Assembly (NCBI RefSeq): GCF_022045235.1
Contig: NW_027266341.1
Location: 21,638,001 to 21,702,000, forward strand
Length of the DNA: 64,000 nucleotides
Direction: 5' to 3'
Source of the DNA: Haliotis cracherodii
Taxonomy: Eukaryota
Below, piece by piece: positions 1 to 10,668 of this stretch; position 1 is the first letter of the stretch, and the number at the start of each line of letters is the position of its first letter. The notes beneath the pieces were generated by a model. That model ran no database searches. It was not told the origin of the DNA and saw nothing but the letters and a program-made list of their open reading frames with translations. A program made the position numbers and the translations under genes.

Positions 1-608
1 ATAGGTTCGGGGGACTACCTTCGTGAATCTTCTGTTAATCATAGGGTTTGAATGTATGTTGGTGAGATTTGTATCACCATAAAACAAGATTGTTTGGAGG
101 AGTTTGCTTTTTTAATCAGGAAATCATGGAAGTGAGATTGTCAGTTTTTGCTTCTTTGGCAACTAGTGGTTGTGGCTTGATGAAGCGTGGTCGAATTGTT
201 TGGGAAATTATTGGTTGGAGGTGTGAAAAGATTAAGCTTTCAATTGATCACTGTTTCTCGGATGTCACACTGTGGTTAAGGGAGGAGGGTTCTGTATCTG
301 ATGTTTTGTCCTGTTATGATTATAAAAAGGTTTTTGTTGCTGTCTACAGGCTTGGAATGTAGGATTCCTTACAGTAAAAGTCAGGATCGAGATGTAATGA
401 GTATAGACTAACATTTAGTCTCTGAAATGTTATATTACACATCCTTCTTGACTCTAAAAATAAAAAAAAATTCCCTATGCTGATTTCAGATGTGGAATAA
501 AGCTAGCTTGAGCAGGCTAGACTTGCTTTTGTATGCGTTTCTAGATTATTATTTTTTCATAAAATAAATATATTCCACGGTCATGGTGCAGGACTATAAT
601 GAAGACTA

Positions 609-912
609 CAATGTGATCCCATTTGAAAACATGAATAGTTTGTATTATCAATGTGATCCCATTTAAAAACACGAATAGTTTGTATTATCAATGTGATCCC
701 ATTTGAAAACACGAATAGTTTGTATTATCAATGTGATCCCATTTGAAAACACGAATAGTTTGTATTATCAATGTGATCCCATTTGAAAAAACGAATAGTT
801 TGTATTATCAATGTGATCCCATTTGAAAACACGAATAGTTTGTATTATCAATGTGATCCCATTTGAAAACACGAATAGTTTGTATTATCAATGTGATCCC
901 ATTTGAAAACAC
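609..912. repeat. 40-bp minisatellite, about 7.5 copies
   Basis: Unit CAATGTGATCCCATTTGAAAACACGAATAGTTTGTATTAT repeated nearly perfectly. Confidence 0.95.
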
Positions 913-2171
913 TTATTTTATCAACTTGGCTTGGAAATGTGGGCTTTTTCTATTGTGAAACCTTCATTGTATGTAATTGTTTGAAAAACATTGTTAAATT
1001 TGATTTGAAACCTTGAAATATTTTGGTGAAAAAGTCACCTTTTTAGGTGACAACAATTATGAGTGAGCTATAAGTTCATTGTATCTGTCAATACAACATG
1101 CATATAATTGTATTCGTCATACACCTAGTTTCATTAGAATGTGACTGTAGACAAGGCAAGAGAGAATATGTGAGAAAAATTCATTTCAATCTGTCATGTA
1201 GATGATGAGGTCTTTGACATGTAGATGACATGTGCCCTCTATATGGCGGAGAATAGGGCAGAAACCAAGTGTTTGGCCCATGTGAATTGTCAACTATCAA
1301 AGTTGAGGAAAACTGTCTAGAAACTTATTGAAAGTATTCACATAATTGACCACTCCTGAGAAATTCCTTCAACACTTGTCCTAAATCAATATGGTTTCAA
1401 TGTGTGAAAGGGCTGATTAAAAAAAGTTTTACAGACAAACCAATTATGCTCAGGTCTTTGAACTGACTCAAACTTCTCACCATGTGATCATACTGTCTTT
1501 ACTTAAGACTCTACAGAAAATATGATTGTTAAGTTTTGTTCATGCTGCAATCATAGAGACAAAAGCTTCCTGAAACCTCTAAATGACATAGTCACACAAT
1601 TAGCAAAATCTTGGCACTTGCATGTTGAATTTATTGCAAAACGTGCAAGTTTCTTATTGAAGTAGTAATCAACGTGTCTTATCCTTGTAGTCAAACGTGT
1701 CTACAGTTCCAATAATCATCATTGCGTTTTTTTACCCTTATCTTTAAAATTTGGCAATTTGTCAAAAGAGAGATCCCATTTTCATTTTTCAGAAAAGTGA
1801 TGCTTCACTTTAACAGTTTTAATTGATTAAGACATCTCTTTTGTAAACATTTCCCCAATTTTATTCCGAAAAAAATGAAGGATGTCCTTTTCCAATTTTT
1901 GCTGTTAGTATCATGTTAGACTGGGCTCCTGACTGCCTCATTGAGAGGCGGTGGCCGATTCCTTGTGCGCTCAATTGGACTATACAAAGCATAGCACTCA
2001 TTGGTCCTCTGTTTCGAATGAAAACAAACAGTGGACTATGGATCTGAAGTTTGTGAAGTAAATATGCTCTTGCCAAAATTATCATGAACAGAGCTGTTTG
2101 TATAATTAATCTATAAACATGTGCGTAAAACAAATAACACATTGGTAATAAGGACGTTATGCATAAGTACC

Positions 2172-2907
2172 TACCGTATATGACCGTAGATAGCTGAATC
2201 TTGAGGACCAGAAAAAAGATTTTGTAGAAAGGGGTCGGCTTATGTATGGGTTACACTTTCATCAAACTCTTTTCTGTTGGTAATGGAGGCACGGGTGGCC
2301 CAGTCGTCTAAGGCGCCGCGATTCGCTGTGCAGAGTCGCGCCCCTTAGCACGCCTGAAACCTATGATTGTGGGTTCGAATCCCGGTTCGCCCCGATTATG
2401 TTTCTAGTTTGTCAGCACCATACCCGTGCTCGTGGGTTTCACCGAAGTGGCTAACGTCTGAGAGCTGCATCACTTCGGCCCTTCCTCCCACATTAAGCAG
2501 ACATGCCTTGATATGACTGGAATACTGTTAAAAGCGGCGTTAAACCAGACTCACTCACTCACTCTGTTGGTAAAAAAACTATATTGTTGCGCTCCTATTG
2601 AATGAACAACGCTTTGACAAACTTTGTCAATGAAAATGTGAATGTGCAATTAAACATCACAAGTCATAATGATTTACCAAGTCGGAAACAGCAATCGGCT
2701 GTACACATGTGTTTTCCCAATCTACCAGTAATTATGTTAAAACATACCCAATAGTATAACAGAAAAGAATTTTGATGCAATGATCAGAAAAAATAGTATC
2801 TTAAATTACTATTTCAATATGAATAATATATTCCGATGTCGTGTTATATTGATTGCAGATTTTACTATATATCTTCAAGACAATAATAACCAGAACCATA
2901 TATGGTA
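2172..2907. mobile_element. Degenerate pogo/Tc1-mariner-type MITE carrying a SINE insertion
   Basis: Ends TACCGTATATGACC ... AACCATATATGGTA (TA-flanked CCGTA-type termini). Confidence 0.45.
2285..2564 (+). mobile_element. tRNA-derived SINE, family C (long A-B box spacing), (ACTC)n tail
   Basis: A box TGGCCCAGTCGT (2296), B box GGTTCGAATCCC (2372); TSD CTGTTGGTAA. Other copies 27203-27485(-), 31270-31547(+), 35495-35890(+, split), 57163-57438(-). Confidence 0.9.
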
Positions 2908-3799
2908 CCAAAGTTCTTGACCATTGGCTAAAAGAACTAAACTTGCGTCATCTCACACCAGCACTGGAACCAGTTTAATGTCATGTTCTCTTTCATGCAT
3001 AAACATCGCCTTCTTCAGTGTCCTTCGACCTTAAACCATGTTAGCTTTTCAAATGTTATAAACATTGTTGCCTTTTCTGTCCTGGTTTCCAAAGAATGGA
3101 AGCTGAACTTGCAGGGTCACATCCCAGACACACTGTCAGTTAGAAAGACGTTTTCAATTCAAACCATACGGTGTTCCTTTAATCCTCACAAGAATTCACA
3201 TAAGAAAACATTTTGTCTCTAGTAATCACATTCCGAGGATGAGATTGGGCAAGACAAATCTTGGTTTGATTAACGCTGCCCAAGCTGAGCCCAGTGACAT
3301 TTTGCTGGTCTGACGATGTCTTCCATATTTGAGACTGCCCCTTGCACACTTGTAACAGTCTGGAAAAGTTTACTCGTATTTGTTTCTCATTTGTCTCTTG
3401 TAGATGATATTTAGGCTTTGTTGAAGTGTTATATGGGGAGAAGGGATGGCTTGGTTGTCTAGGCTTTAACTCTTCAGCACCATGTCCATGCTTGTGGTCT
3501 GTGTCGGTCGGGCGGTCTGTANNNNNNNNNNNNNNNNNNNNNNNNNNNNNNNNNNNNNNNNNNNNNNNNNNNNNNNNNNNNNNNNNNNNNNNNNNNNNNN
3601 NNNNNNNNNNNNNNNNNNNNNNNNNNNNNNNNNNNNNNNNNNNNNNNNNNNNNNNNNNNNNNNNNNNNNNNNNNNNNNNNNNNNNNNNNNNNNNNCACTC
3701 ATCCACCCACTCACTCACTCTCTTTGTCTCTCACTCACTCACTCACACTAACACTCACTCATCATTTCATAACCTATCATCTCGACTTACATCTATTCT

Positions 3800-3972
3800 T
3801 TGAAATGAACATGTCTTACAGAAAAAAACCAGTTGTTAATAAAACTATAATAAAAAGAAGCCCAGAGACTCTCTTCATTTTCAGATTCTGCAGTAATCTA
3901 GACTTGCTGAACATTATATACTTGCATAGGCTGTATTGGCTATATTTGTATCAGGGTCTGTATGACAGACTA
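3800..3972 (+). mobile_element. Short non-autonomous DNA element (TAGTCT...AGACTA family)
   Basis: Homologous to 58842-59027 and to partial copies at 48423-48503, ~33410-33480 and ~404-430. Confidence 0.6.
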
Positions 3973-4067
3973 CCTATCATCTTATCATCCCACATTTTCC
4001 AGTCTGGTGTGGAAGAGGATGTCACCTCTATGATTATAACCTGATAATAATGTTTCTGAAAGTTTTA

Positions 4068-4333
4068 CCCGTGAAGATTCTGGGGTAGAATAGGTCTTCA
4101 GCAACCCATGCTTGCCGTAAAAGGCGACTATGCTTGTCGTAAAAGGCGACTAACGGGATCGCGTGGTCAGGCTTGCTGACTTGGTTGATGCATGTCATCG
4201 ATCCCAATTGCGTGGATAGATGCTCATGATGTCAATCACTGGATTGTCTGGTCCAGATTCGATTATTTACAGACCGCCATCTTATAGTTGGAATATTCCT
4301 GAGTGCGGCGTTAAACAACCAACCAACCAACCA
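4068..4333 (+). mobile_element. SINE-like retroposon family A (non-tRNA CCCGTGAAGATCC head, (AACC/AAAC)n tail)
   Basis: About 20 dispersed copies or fragments in both orientations; 3' end ATAGCTGGAATATTGCTGAGTGCGGCGTTAAAC resembles the tails of families B and C. Confidence 0.9.
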
Positions 4334-5400
4334 AATCTGAATGTTTATGTGTCAAAAGGTTCTTTTTTCATATCTTATTCAATTGAAGGCGTTAGAATAA
4401 TTAAATATCCATTCGAATCAAATGATTTATACAATAAGTAAATCTGGTAGCCATGGTTACAACAGCATGCTTTCTCAAGTTTTGTCCTGTCAAGTTATTC
4501 AAGACAGTATCTTGGATTTGTGTGGCTTTTGAAAAAGGACATAATTGTAATAAACATACCTCTTCAGACATGTCTCGTACAGCATTTATCATGTTTATCT
4601 GAGGCTTGAAGTCAACTGATCCAAATGTTCATCCGATTCAATGGCACTTAAAGAATATTGGATTTTCAAAAAGCAAGATATCAAACCTATTCCTGTCGTC
4701 TTTTATGTATACTGTTTCGAAAAATATCCAATTCTTATCTCAAAGTGGCATGCTTATGCCTTGCGAGAAAAGCAGTAAGAAAAACATTTTTACGTTTAGA
4801 CTCATATCACTTTCTTTGCCATTGGTACTGTTTGGGCACAAAACAAGATTTGTTGTTGTGAATGAAGTACCCTGGGAACATCACGGTAACAATCTGGTTT
4901 TGTTGTACATTTCACCAGCTGGGTCGTATATTGTGGTAGATTGCAACCGGTTTACCCTGCCCCAGGATCTGTGATAGCAGAAGGAGAAAACAGCTCTTTG
5001 TTTGTTGATGAGTATCGGGGGAGAGACAGGACTCCATTTTCACTCCTGAACGTGAGATAATGCTGTTTGGCAGCAACTGTGTTTCCCCCTTCTGATTGTC
5101 TACACCCGACTCTCATGTTTCAAAGATGAGAAAATGGCGCTGAGCTGTTATGACAGGAATTAGGTAACACTTTTAAAAATTTGTTCATTGATGGATTGAC
5201 CGACCAGAGACGAAAGACACTCAAAACTTAAATAATTAACATGGACTAAATTTTTGTTTTAATATCAAACTTTCTTATGGATGAGAAAGAGTTGTCATGA
5301 TAGGAAATAGGTGATGATTTTTTTATATTTAGTATTTTTTGTATTTTGATTGATTAGAAACTTAAAGAGAGAATATGGCTGAATTCTGTGAAATTCAATA

Positions 5401-5746
5401 TACTGTATTGAACATAATAAGCGCCAAGGGCGCTCTCAGAATTAGAAATGGGGAAATCTTATTAGAATATTATTTTGGTGAAAAACAACAGTGTTGAAAG
5501 ATCGTACATTTCGTGGTTTGTGCTGACCGCCTGAAATGTTTATATATGACAGATATATTTTTCCAAATTTTAATTTCCCATAATTAAGGGTGCATATAAC
5601 ATACGTATTATGCAAGAATAAATATGTCTTGTGTACATTGATCTATCAGAAGGGGTGCTAATTGGGATTGTTCACTAGCCAATATATTACCAAATATTGC
5701 CATGGGCGCTTATTAGAACAGAGCGCTTATTACGTTGAATACGGTA
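5401..5746. mobile_element. pogo/Tc1-mariner-type MITE
   Basis: TIRs TA-CTGTATTGAACATAATAAGCGC / GCGCTTATTACGTTGAATACGG-TA. Confidence 0.85.
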
Positions 5747-5882
5747 ATTTTTACCAAGTAGTAAGTGATCAAATGTTTGGTACAGCCAAGCCTACTCATA
5801 ATAAACATCGATCAAAAGAGCACTTAAACTATCCACTTATGCAAGTAAATACTTGTTACAAATACAGTCACAGACAGAGCTT

Positions 5883-6420
5883 TACAAGGGCTAGTCAAAA
5901 AGTTCTAAGCCCCCCCCACCCCCCCAAAAAAAAAAAATTGTGAAAGTGTTTTTAATATATAATTTTTCAGCATAATCTCCATGCTTTTCAATACACTTCT
6001 CATATCGATAGTGAAGTTTTTCAATTCCAGTCAGGAAGAAGTTTTCTAAAGCCACCCTGAAATAACCTTTCAATGCTGCTTTGAGGCATCAAATTTCGGG
6101 GGCAGTGGGGTAGTCTGTTGGTTAAAGCATTCGCTTGTCACGCCAAAGGCCTGGGTTCGATTCCCCACATGGGTACAATGTGTGAAGCCCATTTCTGGTG
6201 TCCCCCGCCATGATATTGCTGGAATATTGCTAAAAGCATGTAAAACCTCACTTACACACTCACTTTGGTGCCGGAGAAGTGGAATGATGCCATTCCATAG
6301 ATTGAAGTTTTAACTCAGGATCATAGTGGTAGACCCATGATTCATCGCCCGTTGAATTTGACAAAATCCTCCTCAATTTGCTCTAAATTTTCTCTGGCAA
6401 AAGTCAGTTCTGTTAATCCA
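5883..6420 (-). pseudogene. Internally deleted mariner transposase fossil, interrupted by a family-B SINE
   Basis: Minus strand encodes TGDESWVYHYDPELKLQSMEWH (~6290-6352, first catalytic Asp motif) and FFLTGIEKLHYRYEKCIEKHGDYAEK (ORF 5891-6073, mariner C-terminus). Confidence 0.85.
6098..6264 (+). mobile_element. tRNA-derived SINE family B, (ACTC)n tail
   Basis: A box TAG(T/C)CTAGTGG-like, B box GGTTCGATTCCC, core TGTGTGAAGCCCATTTCTGGTGTCCCC; about 12 copies in the window. Confidence 0.9.
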
Positions 6421-6471
6421 GACACCCATTATTCTGGAAACCTGATTCTGAAAATTACTGTTAGGAATGAT

Positions 6472-7045
6472 ATACTGTAAACTGTATACTGCACCGTTAA
6501 AATATTGCGAATACCACACCAAAGACAATACTGCGACGAGATATTTTTGCAAGTTGCCATGTTGAAATGACCTCTCGATTACTAAACAATAGACAGCATC
6601 TCTCCAAAGTTAGTTAAACTGAGTAGGCCGGAAAGTTTACCGGGTGGGATTGCGACCAATTATCAAATACGATAATTGACTCAACTCAGTGTCATGACTG
6701 AGTTTGAATGCAAACAAAATTGTGGACAAAATTGCAAAGGACACTGACGCAATCAAGCGAGGTTGGAAGAAGGCAGGATTACTGTGAGGTAACAGTGACA
6801 CTAATTGGTCTGTTTACACTGTCATTTGTGATGTATTGTGTGACCATTCTGCATTCATTTGTGTTTTTAACTTATTGAGTAACTTGTGGTTCTGGTTGAT
6901 GATTTCAACATTTGATGACGTGTTGCAATGAATAAAGTATGTATGAATTATTTATACTTATTTTTGCGTTTTTAATTTTTGCGACTGAGTCTTGTTCGCA
7001 CAACTCGCAATAATAAAACACAGATATATTTACATGTTTCTATAG
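6472..7045. mobile_element. Degenerate Tc1/mariner-type MITE (TACTGTA end)
   Basis: Starts TACTGTAAAC; contains TTTTGCGA/TCGCAA motifs; right end degraded. Confidence 0.4.
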
Positions 7046-7787
7046 GCTATCCAAGCCAATTTGTCAGTAAAATGACCTGGAAACAGAAAATATAAAAGTG
7101 TGGCCTGTGGCTATTTCATTTTATCATTTAGATGGATGTCTTGTAATAAGCCAATCACAATATTCCTGTGCATTAAGTTCAAATCAAAGTCTATAAGAAG
7201 TCATTTTCAAGAATATTAACTTCTAGATGGATCAGGTGATGTTAATATGGCAAATGGAAAAAATTAAACAATCTTTATTTGATGGCTTAATATGGCTGTT
7301 GTTTTATATTTAACACGCAACATAACAATTCAGCTCAAGTTATAAGGGTTATGTTTCTTCAATATCCCTAAAAGAAGATCCGACCAATTAAAGAGGAGAA
7401 GAGCATAAAGAAATATATTATTGCCTTGGCCTGTAGAAGGCTCATTTTGTATAAGACTGGAAACTTCTATTTTAGGGACCGAAGGTCTTAGTGAATTTTT
7501 ACATACATTTTGCAAAAAATGTTTTCAAAACTTTTGGAAAAAGAACTACAAAGAGAAAAAGAAGGACTAACAAGGGACTTTGATCTGTAGATTCCAAATG
7601 TGTCAATTGTGTCTGAGAAGAGACTGTGTTCGTCCTGGATAACGAGGACACAGGTGTCCGACTCACCTCGTCTGCTGCAACTTGCTGTGTCGAGTTATGT
7701 CCCTTTGCTTCAAGGAAACTTTGGGTTCTAAGCTGAGATTTGCTCTGAGAAGGGATGCGTGGAGGAAAAGTCTGTGAGTCTGCAAGA

Positions 7788-7932
7788 TAGGTGAGGGGAG
7801 GCGAAATATGGTTTATGGGCTTGTTCAAGATTATTGCACTTGCAAGCATGTGTCAGTGTGTGTGGCTGCTTGTACTATTCCGAACTGATGCCAGTTTTAC
7901 AGTCCTAACTTACTGAGATAATATACTGCAGT
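7788..7932 (-). mobile_element. 3' fragment of SINE family D
   Basis: Reverse complement of the 3' half of 22518-22839. Confidence 0.8.
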
Positions 7933-8077
7933 TATTTGTTCTGGTACCAAATCAGACCCTGAAAATCAGGACCCATCCATTCTTTTAAGTGTTGTCCAGA
8001 ACAGTAAGGTTTAGGTGGATTGAATATGTTGAATTAAGACATTGTTTGGAGAGAGTGCAAGTGAGAGAATGTTATAT

Positions 8078-8557
8078 CCAGTGATTGACATCATGAGCAT
8101 CAATCTACGCATCATCAGACCCGTGAAGATTCCGGGGTAGAATAGGTTTTTTTCAAGTTTGCTGTTAGTCAGACATAGGTCTTCAGCAACCCATACTTGC
8201 TGTAAAAGGCGACTATGCTTGTCGTAAAAGGCGACTAACAGGATCGGTTGGTCAGGCTCGCTGACTTGGTTGATGCATGGTCATCAATCCTAATTGGGTG
8301 GGTTGATGCACATGATATTAATCACTGGATTGTCTGGTCCAGACTCGATTATTTACAGACCGCCGTCATATAGCTGGAATATTGCTGAGTGTGGCGTTAA
8401 ACAACAAACCAACCAACAACCAACCAACCAAATAATCTACGCATCTGGGATACGATAACATGCATCAACCAAGTGAGCAAGTCTGACCTCCCAATGCCAT
8501 TAGTTGCCTCTTATGACAAGCATGGGTTCCTGGAGACCAATTCTCATATTCACGGGG
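8078..8557. mobile_element. Family-A copy (+, 8119-8430) nested in a family-A copy (-)
   Basis: AATCTACGCATC is duplicated on both sides of the inner copy (~8102-8113 and ~8434-8445). Confidence 0.85.
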
Positions 8558-9231
8558 CACACATATAAAAGACCATTTGAACCAGTTCCATCTAATTTGT
8601 TTGTTAGTTGTTTAATACCGCTCTCAGCAATATTCAAGCTATATGACAGTGGTCTGTAAAGGTTAATAATCATGGTCAGGCATTAGCTGACATCATGGAC
8701 ACGATGACCAGGCTAGATCACACAAACAGTCTTCATTATTTACCATTACAGAAATCATTGATACATGTCATTATTCTTGCATCAAAGTATGAACGAAAAA
8801 ATTATATTTTGCGATGTGATCCTTTTTTATAGATATTTTAAAAACATCCAGATTAACGAGTCAGTGTCTGTAGTTTCATTGGGGCACTCGTTCTGTCATA
8901 GCGCCCAGAGAAAGCAGACTTCGTCTACCTACGTGATGTAGTAGAGTCTCGCAGTTTTTGTGGTGTATTCCCCTTTGTCCAGGTTACAGCTCATTTAGGA
9001 GCAAACCCTCCAGACGGGAGGGGGGGGGGGAGAGACAAGAATGATGTGTTTTTCAAGGGTTCTCCTGACCCACGAGGAAGAGACCTTATGAAGCTCACTG
9101 GCGGCAGTTTTCTGTTCAGTGGAGACACTGGATAATTCTGTGTGGCAGTACATTCTACAACCATTACTGTCAACAGTACATGTTCCGGAAACTTTCACAA
9201 TGATTTTGCTATGTTTACAACTCAAAGGAAG

Positions 9232-9920
9232 TAAAAGGACACCTGATTCTTAGATATTACTGTAGTTATTCTGACATGAAAGGACATCCATTTCTTTCAT
9301 ATTACTATAGTTATTCTGACATGAAAGGACATCCATTTCTTTCATATTACTATAGTTATTCTGACATGAAAGGACATCCATTTCTTTCATATTACTATAG
9401 TTATTCTGACATGAAAGGACATCCATTTCTTTCATATTACTATAGTTATTCTGACATGAAAGGACATCCATTTCTTTCATATTACTATAGTTATTCTGAC
9501 ATGAAAGGACATCCATTTCTTTCATATTACTATAGTTATTCTGACATGAAAGGACATCCATTTCTTTCATATTACTATAGTTAATCTGACATGAAAGGAC
9601 ATCCATTTCTTTCATATTTCTATAGTTATTCTGACATGAAAGGACATCCATTTCTTTCATATTACTATAGTTATTCTGTCATGAAAGGACATCCATTTCT
9701 TTCATATTACTATAGTTAATCTGTCATGAAAGGGCATCCATTTCTTTCATATTTCTATGGTTAATCTGACATGAAAGGACACCTGTTTCTTTCATATTAC
9801 TATAGTTAATCTGACATGAAAGGACACCCGTTTCTTTCATATTACTATAGTTAATCTGACATGAAAGGGCATCCATTTCTTTCATATTTCTATAGTTAAT
9901 CTGACATGAAAGGACACCCA
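9232..9920. repeat. 45-bp minisatellite, about 15 copies
   Basis: Unit CTGACATGAAAGGACATCCATTTCTTTCATATTACTATAGTTATT; explains ORFs 9250-9660 and 9276-9584. Confidence 0.95.
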
Positions 9921-10224
9921 TCTGCCATGACAGATTAACTATATTTATATGAAAGAATTATGTTTTCTTTTTTCCAAGTGATTTTCACGGCAAAAACCAG
10001 GTTCGCTCCCCTTATGAAGCCCATTTCTGATGTTCCTTGCTGTGATATTCCTAGAATATTGCTAACTTCAGCTTAAAACCATACACACTCACTCACTCTA
10101 AGTCATTTTGCTATATATGCTACTCAAAAGAAGTTGAAGAACATCTGGTTCTTTCATATTACTATGTCATGCCATAACAGATTAACCATGATAATATGAA
10201 AGAATCAGGATGTTCTTCAACTTC

Positions 10225-10668
10225 AAGTATTGCAATATTTACTCACTGATTGAAACCCCATGTCAAGTATTGGAATATATACACACTCATTGAAGTTCAG
10301 TGTCAAGTATAGCAATATTTACTCACTAATTGAAACCACATGTCAAGTATAGCAATATTTACTCACTCATTGAAATCCCATGTCAATTGTAGCAATATTC
10401 ACAAATTTAAGCACCATGTCAAGTATAGCAATATTCACTCACTCATTGATATCCAGTGTCAAGTATAGGAAAATTCACTCATTGATATCCAGTGACAAGT
10501 ATAGGAATATTCACTCATTGATATCCAGTGTCAAGTATAGGAATATTCACTCATTGATATCCAGTGTCAAGTATAGGAATATTCACTCATGGATATCCAG
10601 TGTCAAGTATAGGAATATTCACTCATTGATATCCAGTGTCAAGTATAGCAATATTCACTCACTCACTC
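10225..10668. repeat. 39-bp minisatellite with diverged, longer 5' units
   Basis: Unit CAGTGTCAAGTATAGGAATATTCACTCATTGATATC-like; explains ORF 10380-10700. Confidence 0.9.

Noticed and set aside
609-912. CRISPR-like appearance of regular arrays (also 28438-29895)
   Set aside because: No unique spacers, eukaryotic context, no cas genes.
2285-2395. tRNA gene calls at SINE heads
   Set aside because: Followed by SINE bodies, microsatellite tails and TSDs; no intact cloverleaf.
3237-3288. SECIS element
   Set aside because: Intronic location, helix II too short, and no selenoprotein ORF nearby.
3522-3695. N runs (also 54711-54882, 59083-59222, 60130-60267) as hidden exons
   Set aside because: Most abut microsatellites and look like gaps or masked simple repeats; their content cannot be assessed.
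4220-4441. Recurring short ORFs containing ITGLSGPDSIIYRPPSYSWNIAECGVKQ
   Set aside because: Chance open frame within SINE family A; recurrence reflects SINE copies.
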